DNA of 64,000 bases, taken from contig CAWAQU010000009.1 in NCBI GenBank assembly GCA_963784355.1, forward strand, positions 1 to 64,000. The letters are read 5' to 3'. The first letter of the stretch is position 1. Each line of letters opens with the position of its first letter. A program made the translations under genes and the position numbers. The DNA comes from an uncultured bacterium. GTDB lineage: Bacteria; Patescibacteriota; JACMRA01. A model generated the notes under the pieces. That model had not been told where the DNA came from. It ran no database searches and saw only the letters and a program-made list of their open reading frames with translations. Shown in pieces: positions 11,712 through 20,462 of the stretch.

Positions 11712-11813
11712 TTATTCTACCAAATTCATTTCTAGTATATTAAATATTTGGCTAAAAGTTTTTTCAAAGTCAGACCAATTATAAGTTCGAAGTGTGTCAA
11801 TAACGGTGAACCA
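11712..11813 (-). other. Displaced integrase C-terminal coding segment (attP-derived arm)
   Basis: reads WFTVIDTLRTYNWSDFEKTFSQIFNILEMNLVE-stop, in frame with the integrase WF codons at the shared GAACCA core. Confidence 0.75.
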
Positions 11814-11846
11814 AAAACAAAAACTCAATTTATCTTAATTCTCATT

Positions 11847-11870
11847 ATCTCGGTTAATCGCCGGGATTTT
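11847..11870 (+). terminator. Hairpin terminator, probably the original tRNA-Gln terminator
   Basis: ATCTCGG-ttaatcg-CCGGGAT plus T run, 33 bp after the right att core. Confidence 0.5.
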
Positions 11871-11914
11871 ATCTTGTCTAATTTGATTAAATTTTCTATA
11901 CAAATAATAACGAT

Positions 11915-12442
11915 ATGTCTGAAAGTTTCAATAATATACCTAAAAATCCTGAAAATACTTTTTACACAGTTGAACAAGCAAAACAAGTATTTAGTTGGGT
12001 AGTAGAGAAAGCTAAAAAAGATAATATTTATAAGCTTTGTGCAAATCCGGTGATTATTAAGGATAACAAAGTATTGATATTTCAGAGGCCTGCCACTAGT
12101 CCAAATAGACCAAATGGTTGGCTTTTACCTGGTGGAAAAGTAGAGGAAGGTGAGAATGTAGTTGATGCTTTAGTTAGAGAAACAAAGGAAGAGTTAAATT
12201 TAGATGTTGTAAAAATAAGACATCTTCCAATTGAATTTGACAGTATATTTAAAGGAAATTTGTGGAGAGTAGTCTATTTTGTAGTAGAAATCACTGGAGA
12301 AATGAAGTTAGAAGAAAGAGCTTTATCTAATCCAACTTTTATCAGCAAACCTGAAATTCCAAATTATTTCACTCAAGCAGAAATGGACCCCAGTTCACCG
12401 GACTACAGAGGTGGAGAGCTATCAGTTTGGGATTATGTATAA
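11915..12442 (+). CDS. NUDIX hydrolase
   Basis: PGGKVEEGENVVDALVRETKEELNL Nudix box. Confidence 0.92.
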   Translation: MSESFNNIPKNPENTFYTVEQAKQVFSWVVEKAKKDNIYKLCANPVIIKDNKVLIFQRPATSPNRPNGWLLPGGKVEEGENVVDALVRETKEELNLDVVKIRHLPIEFDSIFKGNLWRVVYFVVEITGEMKLEERALSNPTFISKPEIPNYFTQAEMDPSSPDYRGGELSVWDYV

Positions 12443-12507
12443 GTTTGGGATTGGGCCAATTTAGTCCTTAATGCTATTAAAAATGAAATTTTACAAGACA
12501 TAGATTG

Positions 12508-13323
12508 TTAGAACAGATTCTTAATTATTTTTGTTACACCATTAATCATATCTTCTGCATCTTCAGCAGTTGGCTCTGTTATTTTTTTATGATCACAATT
12601 ATTTCTAATATCCGCTAAGTGTTGAATTTTTCTAAAGATTTGAATATCAATAATTTTGTTACTGTATAAAATATCATTATAATTACTGATTGTAGGATTT
12701 TTTTTGAGAGTTAGCAAATGATTTTGACAAACTTGATTAAGGTGACTCTCTAAAACTACCCCTGCCAACGCTCCAGCCGCTCTTGAAAAACCATTTTCAT
12801 TTAAATATTTTGCAGCATCTAACTCAGAATCAAACAAATCAGCTCTAACAAATTGTTGAATATTAAAAAGTGAACTTTCAAATCTTTTTCTAACAGATTT
12901 TAAAATTGCTAATTGTTGTTGAAATTTTGGAAATGCTGAAGATTTTCCAGCAACAACAGCACCATTTGTGGTTTTAGATAATGTAATGTTGCTTAAAGCG
13001 TCCGCAATTACATAGTTAGTTGAATCTATGTCTTGCATACTTCTCCTTTTTGCTGGCACCTCATAATATTCTACAAAATCATCTAATCGATCAGGTAACA
13101 TTAACTTAATTATTGTCTTTGCTTCAGAATACCACTCTTGGTATTCACTTTTGAAATCAGGTAGACTAGAAATAAATTTATCCTCCTCTTTTTTATTTTT
13201 TAGTTTAAGTGCTTGTAAAAAATCTACTTTTGGTACAATTTCGTAGAGTAGAGCATTTTGTAATTTTTTACCTTTTAATATTAACTCTTCCAAATCTTTT
13301 TTATATACATCCAAATTAGACAT
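12508..13323 (-). CDS. HEPN-domain protein (putative RNase/defence)
   Basis: RAAGALAGVVLESHL helix and R-x4-H motif RNNCDH. Confidence 0.7.
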   Translation of the reverse strand: MSNLDVYKKDLEELILKGKKLQNALLYEIVPKVDFLQALKLKNKKEEDKFISSLPDFKSEYQEWYSEAKTIIKLMLPDRLDDFVEYYEVPAKRRSMQDIDSTNYVIADALSNITLSKTTNGAVVAGKSSAFPKFQQQLAILKSVRKRFESSLFNIQQFVRADLFDSELDAAKYLNENGFSRAAGALAGVVLESHLNQVCQNHLLTLKKNPTISNYNDILYSNKIIDIQIFRKIQHLADIRNNCDHKKITEPTAEDAEDMINGVTKIIKNLF

Positions 13324-13580
13324 AAAAATTGTTTATTCTATTTAAATAGTTTCTTACAATCTTTTAAACTATGTTTGAGAATTACAGCCATAGGATAATA
13401 AGTTTTTATACTCATGTTGCAGTAATTAAGCTTTTTTAAGTATCAATTGTCAAACCTTATTTTATTGGTTTTTCTAAGTTTTTCAAATTTGTATCTGTTT
13501 ATTTTCTTTTCAACAAAAGCTCTTGTAAAGAGTAAAAAAATATGCTATAAATAAATAACCGACAAATAAGAGGTAAAAAG

Positions 13581-13814
13581 ATGGGTATTCAAGGTTACTT
13601 CCGCCTGGCAATGATTTCCTATGCGGTTTTTATGCTAGGCCTCGTGTACTCTCTATTCTTAATACCAAATGGTATTATTGATGGAAATAGCCATGGAATA
13701 ATCATGGAGACACTAAAAGAAGATTGTAGTTTCATGGTAATTGCAGGGTTAGTCCTTTTTGCATACTGCATATTAGCTATGGGATTTGTTTCTGAGCGAA
13801 ACCGCCATAGATAA
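13581..13814 (+). CDS. Small 2-TM protein
   Basis: TTGTAA-17-TATAAA promoter, AGAGGT RBS, two hydrophobic helices, own terminator. Confidence 0.7.
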   Translation: MGIQGYFRLAMISYAVFMLGLVYSLFLIPNGIIDGNSHGIIMETLKEDCSFMVIAGLVLFAYCILAMGFVSERNRHR

Positions 13815-13837
13815 TACACAGACATTTGTTATCGGTT

Positions 13838-13871
13838 GCACCTTTTGTTTTTTTGCGAAGGGTGCTTTTTC
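13838..13871 (+). terminator. Intrinsic terminator
   Basis: GCACCTTTTG..CGAAGGGTGC stem followed by T5. Confidence 0.75.
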
Positions 13872-14173
13872 TGTAAAGTTGATCAGACTATTTTTTTAAT
13901 AACAAGAATTTTGGTAGTCTTCTCTTTATGTGTCCATCATTTCAACCATTTACGTACCGAGATTTAGTGCAGCAAACGGGTTTTACCCAGTAATAAATTT
14001 ACTGAATTATATTTTGTGGAAACCCTACAATGTTTTGTAGTTTTTTATAATCTCAATCAAAAATTATTATTAGTTGATAGTATAAGCTAGGGGGCCATAG
14101 CAAATAATTGCTACCAGTTTTTGGTAATTATTGAGCTTTGCTTTAATGGATTTTTTAGTAGCTGGATCACTTG

Positions 14174-14587
14174 TCAAAGCATTCCTGTTTTCTTCAACAA
14201 ACTTTCAAATTTCTTCTCCCGTTTAATATATTGGTCTATATTTGCAAAATACTTAGCTGCATTCTTTTGTTCTTCTTCAATATTCACAGTGTTTTTTATA
14301 TAACCACACCTCGTACAATACCATGGTAGCATACCTGGAGGTGATTCAAAAAGAGATTTGAACCAAAAATTATCTTTTTCATAAGACAAAATCATATGAG
14401 CACAGTAATTTTGAATTTTCAATTTCAGTTTTTGATCACGCCTTTCCAGATATTTGTTCCAATCAAAGGTAATGCTGATTTTAAAAGCAAAAATACTAAG
14501 TAGGGCTAAGAAAATTAATAAGATGACATGCCCTATTGTTAATTGATCCAGTCTGGTATTAATTACGCTATTATACAAATCATTCAT
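14174..14587 (-). CDS. Hypothetical membrane-anchored protein with CxH..CxxC
   Basis: one TM helix, then CAH and CTRC possible metal ligands. Confidence 0.65.
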   Translation of the reverse strand: MNDLYNSVINTRLDQLTIGHVILLIFLALLSIFAFKISITFDWNKYLERRDQKLKLKIQNYCAHMILSYEKDNFWFKSLFESPPGMLPWYCTRCGYIKNTVNIEEEQKNAAKYFANIDQYIKREKKFESLLKKTGML

Positions 14588-14944
14588 AAAGTTTATTCGT
14601 TAACATTGTTGCGGTTCGCTCCAAACCCTCTATTTATTCACATTTGATTGTTATTTAATATTATTAATATCTATGTTTTTTTGCTTCCAATCTTAGTTTT
14701 TTCTAAAGTTCTTCCTCTTAATATTAGAGCAATTCATTCTCTTTAATCATGGTTTGTCAAATTTTGGGACGCTATTAATTTACCCAAGGTACCTATAATA
14801 TTATATCTTAGACATGTTATATAAGCTTAACTTACAAATGTTGTAATATATTATAGTAGAACTTCATCTCCACACTAAAATTTCTGAGCCCTTGACAAAA
14901 GCCCATATGATGCTAACATTTAAGCCATTTCTAAATATAAGCAT

Positions 14945-15433
14945 ATGACAAACCAAACTGTAGATTTAGACAAACTAGCCGCTTTTCCGGACCAAACCAA
15001 AGAAGATGTAGCCAAAACATTGGCATCTACTCTAGAAAAAATGCCTGCTGCGGCCATAGAAGAAAATTATTTGGAAGTCGGGGTGAGACCTTGGGGGGTT
15101 TATTATGTTTTGGAGGATAAGCCAAGCTATAAAGTCAAGAAAATCTTGGTAAATCCAGGTCATAGACTAAGTTTACAGAGCCATAAACACCGCTCGGAGC
15201 ACTGGGTTGTTGTTACAGGAACTGCTAGCGTAGAAATTAGAGACAACACCAAACCTGAAACTGATTGGAATTTTGACCTACATCCAAACGAAAGTTGCTA
15301 TATTAAAGTAGATAACATCCACAGGGTTGCTAACCATGGTAAAATTCCTCTAGTTTTTGTTGAAGTCCAAGTAGGGGAATATACCGGGGAAGATGACATT
15401 GTCAGATATGAAGATGACTACGCCAGAACTTAA
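14945..15433 (+). CDS. Phosphomannose isomerase type II C-terminal cupin protein
   Basis: RPWG.Y, LSLQSHKHRSEHWVVV, EVQVGEYTGEDDIVR. Confidence 0.93.
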   Translation: MTNQTVDLDKLAAFPDQTKEDVAKTLASTLEKMPAAAIEENYLEVGVRPWGVYYVLEDKPSYKVKKILVNPGHRLSLQSHKHRSEHWVVVTGTASVEIRDNTKPETDWNFDLHPNESCYIKVDNIHRVANHGKIPLVFVEVQVGEYTGEDDIVRYEDDYART

Positions 15434-15444
15434 ATTATATTAGG

Positions 15445-16584
15445 ATGAAAAAAGTACTAATACTAGGCTCCGGAGGACATGGTTGGGAAAGTTTATCTGA
15501 ATTCTTTGACTCTAACAATAACCAAATAGATTTATATACACTTACATCGGACTGGGGTGGCTTTACAGGCACTTTTGGTAGATTGATGGAGGTCGATAAT
15601 GGTATAGTAAATCAAAAATTGCATAAAAAAATTCTTCCTATTTTACCTTGGGGGGATCTAAATAAAATTATCACTTTTTATACTAGCTTGAGATTCGGTA
15701 CAAATGTCGGCCAAACTTTAAATTTTAGGAGCTTCCACATTTACGAAGTTTTACAGGAGTTTGAGATTTTAAGCGATTTTTTGGCTTTAGAACACAGTGT
15801 AATCAAGCATTTTGAAGAATATTTACATGAGTTTTATAATTTATTTGGAGAATATCAACATAAAATTGATCTGATTAAAGCGCCATGTCTAGGCAATCTT
15901 TGGCAACAATATCTATTTTGGCAATTGGATAATATAGAAAGTTGGAATGAGTTTTATCGCTACAAAAATATCCTTCCACAAAATCTGCATTTAAATTTTA
16001 CAGCAGATCAAAGACAGGTTTTAACTGCCCAAACTAGTGATAGTTCAAAAATTATAGGAGAAGAAATTATTGATGTGAGTGAGGTTCCTATCTTACCTGA
16101 AAGCTTAAATTTAGTAAATCTTGATGAACAAAAATCTGAGCTAGAAGAAAATTTATTATCAAAATTAAGATCTGCAGATTGTGTTATTATACCAAACGGG
16201 TCAGTAGCTAACTGGATACCACTTCTAAATAATACTGAAATTTTGGATATTATAAAACACAAAAAACTTATTTGGATTTTGAATCTTTTTCACACTCAAA
16301 ATGAACTTAATATTTCTAAATATTTGGAATATACTGCATCCCTAGGCTTAAACCCTAGCATACTAGCTCCTAAAAAACTACCTCCTGAAGTACCTACAGA
16401 AATTTTAAATCATTATAACCTCGAAAATAAAGTCTTGAACTTTAAATCTGTAGAGGAAATAGACCAAGTTAAGTCAATTGGACTAAATATTAAGTTTGAG
16501 CTGGATTATCAAGTAGACAGTTCTTTCAAATACAGCAAGGCTAGTATTAAGCAGTCAATTTTAAATATATTACATGAATCATAA
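15445..16584 (+). CDS. Divergent YvcK/CofD-family protein
   Basis: VLILGSGGHG, TSDWGGFTG, WGDL, LGNL, IIGEEIID, ADCVIIPNGS. Confidence 0.7.
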   Translation: MKKVLILGSGGHGWESLSEFFDSNNNQIDLYTLTSDWGGFTGTFGRLMEVDNGIVNQKLHKKILPILPWGDLNKIITFYTSLRFGTNVGQTLNFRSFHIYEVLQEFEILSDFLALEHSVIKHFEEYLHEFYNLFGEYQHKIDLIKAPCLGNLWQQYLFWQLDNIESWNEFYRYKNILPQNLHLNFTADQRQVLTAQTSDSSKIIGEEIIDVSEVPILPESLNLVNLDEQKSELEENLLSKLRSADCVIIPNGSVANWIPLLNNTEILDIIKHKKLIWILNLFHTQNELNISKYLEYTASLGLNPSILAPKKLPPEVPTEILNHYNLENKVLNFKSVEEIDQVKSIGLNIKFELDYQVDSSFKYSKASIKQSILNILHES

Positions 16585-17551
16585 AATCAGGTTACACAAA
16601 CAAATAACAGACAATTTGAAACAACTTGATGAACTTGATTACACAAATCCGGAAATTCAAAGGAATATTGAAAATTATGGTGTTTATGTAGATGGAGTTT
16701 TAGTAAATAACCGCTTATCTTGGGTGTATTTGGAAAATACGTTAGATATACATCATTGGCCCAAAAGACAATCCGGAAATTTCGATGAGGTAAAAATATT
16801 GAGTGAAACTGAGGATTATTTAGCTATTTACAAACCAATGGGAGTAGTTGTTGAAAGTGGGGCCGGACATCAAAAAGATAACCTCTTAAATTGGTTAGAA
16901 ACCCAGTATAAATCTAGCTTTTTCTTGATCCACAGATTAGACAAGGATACACAGGGAGTCATGCTGATTGCTAAAAACGAAAAAACTCTAAATTTTTACC
17001 AAGATCAGTTTAGAAATAGAGAAGTTGTAAAAAAATACTTCGCTGTCGTGGGAAAACCTGTGGATAACTTGTGGACTATTGAAAACTGGCAATCACGTGA
17101 TAGGTCTAATCCCCTGAGACAAAAACTTTTTTGGAGTGAGACTAAGGCCATGGAATACGACTCCAACTCACGCCTAGCTAAATCTGTCATCAGACCAAGA
17201 ATAATCTGTCAGGCAACTGGTCAAAGCTTGATTGAAGTAGAGATAAAAACCGGAAGGATGCACCAAATTAGGCTTCAATGCGAGGCTCTGGGCTTTGGAC
17301 TGGTTAATGATAGGGTTTACAATCAAATGATAAAACCAACTGAACTCAACCAAAGTACAACTCACATAATCCCTAACTATAGCATAATTAACAAGAATTT
17401 GCAAGAATTTGAATACATCAAGAAGGTAATCTTTGGACAAACTGAGTATTGTCTTTTATCGAACTACCTCAAAGTCAAAACGCCTGATAATGGTTGGTTG
17501 GAAATCGAATACAGGAATTTGAAGGATTTGCTAGGTACATTTGAATCTTAA
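16574..17551 (+). CDS. RluA-family pseudouridine synthase
   Basis: YKPMG, HRLDKDTQG, TGRMHQIR. Confidence 0.93.
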   Translation: MNHKIRLHKQITDNLKQLDELDYTNPEIQRNIENYGVYVDGVLVNNRLSWVYLENTLDIHHWPKRQSGNFDEVKILSETEDYLAIYKPMGVVVESGAGHQKDNLLNWLETQYKSSFFLIHRLDKDTQGVMLIAKNEKTLNFYQDQFRNREVVKKYFAVVGKPVDNLWTIENWQSRDRSNPLRQKLFWSETKAMEYDSNSRLAKSVIRPRIICQATGQSLIEVEIKTGRMHQIRLQCEALGFGLVNDRVYNQMIKPTELNQSTTHIIPNYSIINKNLQEFEYIKKVIFGQTEYCLLSNYLKVKTPDNGWLEIEYRNLKDLLGTFES

Positions 17552-17618
17552 TGGTAAATACAACCTGGTAACTCAATAAAAATGAGATAATTGTAACCTA
17601 TAATATTTAAAATACTTA

Positions 17619-18647
17619 TTAAAACAAAGCTTCAGGTTCGTTACTTTCAATAGCAATTTTGGAAACTGAGTTTAGTAGTGATTTGAAATTAAATCTTTGA
17701 AAATCATCCGATCCGGCATTTAAGTCATAGCCTAAATGGCTATAGTCGGTATCTGGAACCATCTGCAAGGTACCTAAATAATAAGTTTGTTTTAGCAATT
17801 CGAAATTGTCCTTTATTTTTTCAATCAGTGGAGTATTTTTGGGATTGGCTATGTATTTTTTTGCTCCATCAAGACCAATATTTAGATTGCAAAATCCTAT
17901 ACTTTCAATATCAAGTACTGTAAATAAATTATACAAGCAACCGACTTCCTGAAGAATTTTAGTGGCGGTTTTGGGGCCAACACCTGGAATACCTTTCAAA
18001 TTATCTGAAGTATCACCTACCAAAGCTTTGTAATCCAGCCACTGTTCCGGCATCAATTCATATTTTTTTATAAAATCATCTTTCCCAAACAAAACCCAGC
18101 CGTCTTTAAGTGCTTTTGATTGCACAAAGTAAATTTGCGGGTGATTTAATAACTGGTACAAATCTCTATCTGAAGACAAAATCAGGATTTTTTCACTTGA
18201 CTCAGTATTTATATTTTTAGGAGTGCTTGAATTAACCACATTAAACAAATCACCATCTACTTTAACCTCAGCTTCTAGAACATTTTCTTTCAAAATTTTT
18301 TTACAGACCGTGAAAATATAATCGTCAGCCTCATACCCCTCCTCAGAAAAATTATTTTTACTGATTTTCTTTGTCCAATCTTTAATCAAAGGGATTTGAA
18401 CCAACATATCATCTTGGATTGGTGGTCTATTGGCTTTGTAGTCCAGTAAAATTTTGTGTCTCCAAGTAGGCTTAGGAGTATCGTTGGTAAAGACCAGATC
18501 ATCGGGTTTATATTCGTGGACTAAGGCTAGTATAGTTTTGGCAAAACCAAAGAATGCACCCGTCGGAATATCTTGACTAACCAGAGTAGGATATGCAAAA
18601 AAAGACCTATATATGAGGTATGAAGTGTCGATAACTAGCGTCGTCAT
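17619..18647 (-). CDS. Stand-alone 5'-3' exonuclease (PolA N-terminal-like)
   Basis: YKANR, GYEADD, SSDRDLYQL, GDTSDNLKGIPGVGPKTA; no polymerase domain. Confidence 0.92.
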   Translation of the reverse strand: MTTLVIDTSYLIYRSFFAYPTLVSQDIPTGAFFGFAKTILALVHEYKPDDLVFTNDTPKPTWRHKILLDYKANRPPIQDDMLVQIPLIKDWTKKISKNNFSEEGYEADDYIFTVCKKILKENVLEAEVKVDGDLFNVVNSSTPKNINTESSEKILILSSDRDLYQLLNHPQIYFVQSKALKDGWVLFGKDDFIKKYELMPEQWLDYKALVGDTSDNLKGIPGVGPKTATKILQEVGCLYNLFTVLDIESIGFCNLNIGLDGAKKYIANPKNTPLIEKIKDNFELLKQTYYLGTLQMVPDTDYSHLGYDLNAGSDDFQRFNFKSLLNSVSKIAIESNEPEALF

Positions 18648-18650
18648 AGA

Positions 18651-19322
18651 TTATTCGTAAAGAAAAGTTTGATTTTGACTAGATTCTCTAGCTTTTACTA
18701 TTTCTGCTTTAATTTCTTCAGATAAATTTTTATATTTATATTCCGGCAATTTGAAAACATGTACTTGATTAAGAGGCCAAAACTTTACAGATTCTTGCCC
18801 GAATAAAGCGTAGGTAGGAAATGTACCTTTTTCCCTTGAGTCAGAACTATTAGTTCTATTGTCCCCCATCACAAAATAATTATCGGATGCTACTGTAGTT
18901 TTAGGAAAATAGTATTTCGTCTGCTCCATTCTTGCTTTATTTTGATCTGAAATATAATCCTCTACTAACTCTCTTCCTTCAGGATATTGTTGATTATATA
19001 TAATGACCTTGCTACCAATAATCTCACATTGCTCGTTAGGCAAACAGATTATTCTCTTAAGCAAAAATCTAGTGTGGAATCTGGTCCAGTAATCAGCATT
19101 TTTTGCTGCCACTTTATCATCGTAAACAGCAACTACCTGGCCCCTTTGAAAATTTTTGTTGATCTGATTCACCATTAAAAGTTCACCAGTATGGTAATTG
19201 GGTTCCATACTTGCTCCGATTACAGTGACTTGTTGATAGATAAACAATCTTAAAATCACTAGCCCTAGTAAAAGTATCCATCCTGCAACAGAGAATATAA
19301 TTGGAGTAATTTTTTTATTCAT
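18651..19322 (-). CDS. lepB: Signal peptidase I
   Basis: GASMEPN, LLKRII, MGDNRTNSSDSR. Confidence 0.95.
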   Translation of the reverse strand: MNKKITPIIFSVAGWILLLGLVILRLFIYQQVTVIGASMEPNYHTGELLMVNQINKNFQRGQVVAVYDDKVAAKNADYWTRFHTRFLLKRIICLPNEQCEIIGSKVIIYNQQYPEGRELVEDYISDQNKARMEQTKYYFPKTTVASDNYFVMGDNRTNSSDSREKGTFPTYALFGQESVKFWPLNQVHVFKLPEYKYKNLSEEIKAEIVKARESSQNQTFLYE

Positions 19323-19457
19323 TTGAGTTTTTTAAAGTTAAAGTATGTACTATAAATATTTTTTATTAATTCTTTTGTCAATTTAGACTTGGTTGTAAAA
19401 CCATATCATTGTAAAGTTCAAGTTTGATTTAACATGGTATAGACAAACTAAATTGAA

Positions 19458-19794
19458 GGTTGGCCTATAAGCGGGATTCTGTCTGGCGTTACAAGTAACG
19501 GAGGCAATAATTTTTCTACGCAGTCTACCATTCTTGACCTTGCACCGGGTGGGGTTTGCCCCCTGGTGTGTTGCCACACTTCAGGCGTGAGCTCTTACCT
19601 CGCGATTTCGCCCTTACCTAATAAATTAGGCGGTATGTTTCTGTTGCACTTTTCAGTCTAGTCCCAAAATGGTTTCAACTCCCTAAGCTTGCGCTCGGCG
19701 GTCTACTACTCCGCCACCCACTTCACTCGGCTATTTCACCGTAAGGAGTGTCCCGACTTTCCTCTGCCGTAAAGCAGCTATTGCCCGGCCAACC
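19458..19794 (-). ncRNA. rnpB: RNase P RNA
   Basis: P1 ggttggcc/ggccaacc, GAGGAAAGTCGGGAC, AGTGCAACAGAAA, GGCAAACCCC, ACAGAATCCCGCTTAT. Confidence 0.93.
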
Positions 19795-19844
19795 ATAATA
19801 AGAATATGGTAATATTCAGCTGATGTCAAACGATTATTGAGCAC

Positions 19845-19867
19845 AAAAAGACCGGGTAAAAACCCGG
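19845..19867 (-). terminator. Intrinsic terminator after the YtxH-like gene
   Basis: CCGGGT-tttt-ACCCGG followed by TCTTTTT on the minus strand. Confidence 0.7.
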
Positions 19868-19898
19868 AAAAATTGAAATTTAGATTTAAGTTAAAAAC

Positions 19899-20333
19899 TT
19901 ATTTTCTCATTTCTTCTCTTGCTGCATTAGCAATTTTTTGAGCATGATTCTGCCCGTCATGTTTGACCTCTTCCGCTTTGTCTTTAACCTCGTTAGCTTT
20001 ATCTTTTATTTCTTCCTTACCTTGTTCCATCTTCTCGTGAATACCAGCTACTACATCCCTAGTTGCATTCATTGCTTGTCCGCGGAACTCAGTAGCCTTA
20101 TCTTTCACTTGAGTACCAACTTCGCTAGCTTTATCTTTTACTTGTACACTTGCTTCGCTAATTTTATTCTTAGCATCGTCAAATCTAACTTTTGCTTCTT
20201 CTCTCATTTCTTTACCTGTTTTAGGTGTCAAAAATAGAGTTGCGATTGTAGAGATAAATCCACTTAATAAAGAAAAAATCAATACTTTTCTTCTAACTTT
20301 TTTCTGTTGCATTTTATAAATCATTCCGAACAT
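19899..20333 (-). CDS. YtxH-domain protein
   Basis: TM helix then LFLTPKTGKEMRE and 11-residue KDKA repeats. Confidence 0.85.
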   Translation of the reverse strand: MFGMIYKMQQKKVRRKVLIFSLLSGFISTIATLFLTPKTGKEMREEAKVRFDDAKNKISEASVQVKDKASEVGTQVKDKATEFRGQAMNATRDVVAGIHEKMEQGKEEIKDKANEVKDKAEEVKHDGQNHAQKIANAAREEMRK

Positions 20334-20462
20334 ATATACATGTGTGTTTTAATTTTTATCCCAAATCAGGAATATTTTAATTTAAGCTTAATTTTAAAGA
20401 TATGTCAAATAATTCCAATTGACAGCATAGTAAAGATGAGTTTTAAATCAGCTTCAAATTAG

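Larger units (their letters stand above)
3750..11814. mobile_element. Integrative element in the tRNA-Gln 3' end (serine integrase, R-M module, Rep, SpoVG-like, regulator)
   Basis: GAACCAA direct repeat at 3750-3756 and 11808-11814; integrase and Rep inside; integrase frame continues across the right repeat; terminator-like hairpin just outside the right end. Confidence 0.85.

Noticed and set aside
11748-12002. 84-aa plus ORF
   Set aside because: Spans the right att site and terminator and overlaps the NUDIX gene; the meaningful frame is the minus-strand integrase tail.
19383-19577. 64-aa ORF
   Set aside because: Lies mostly within the RNase P RNA.
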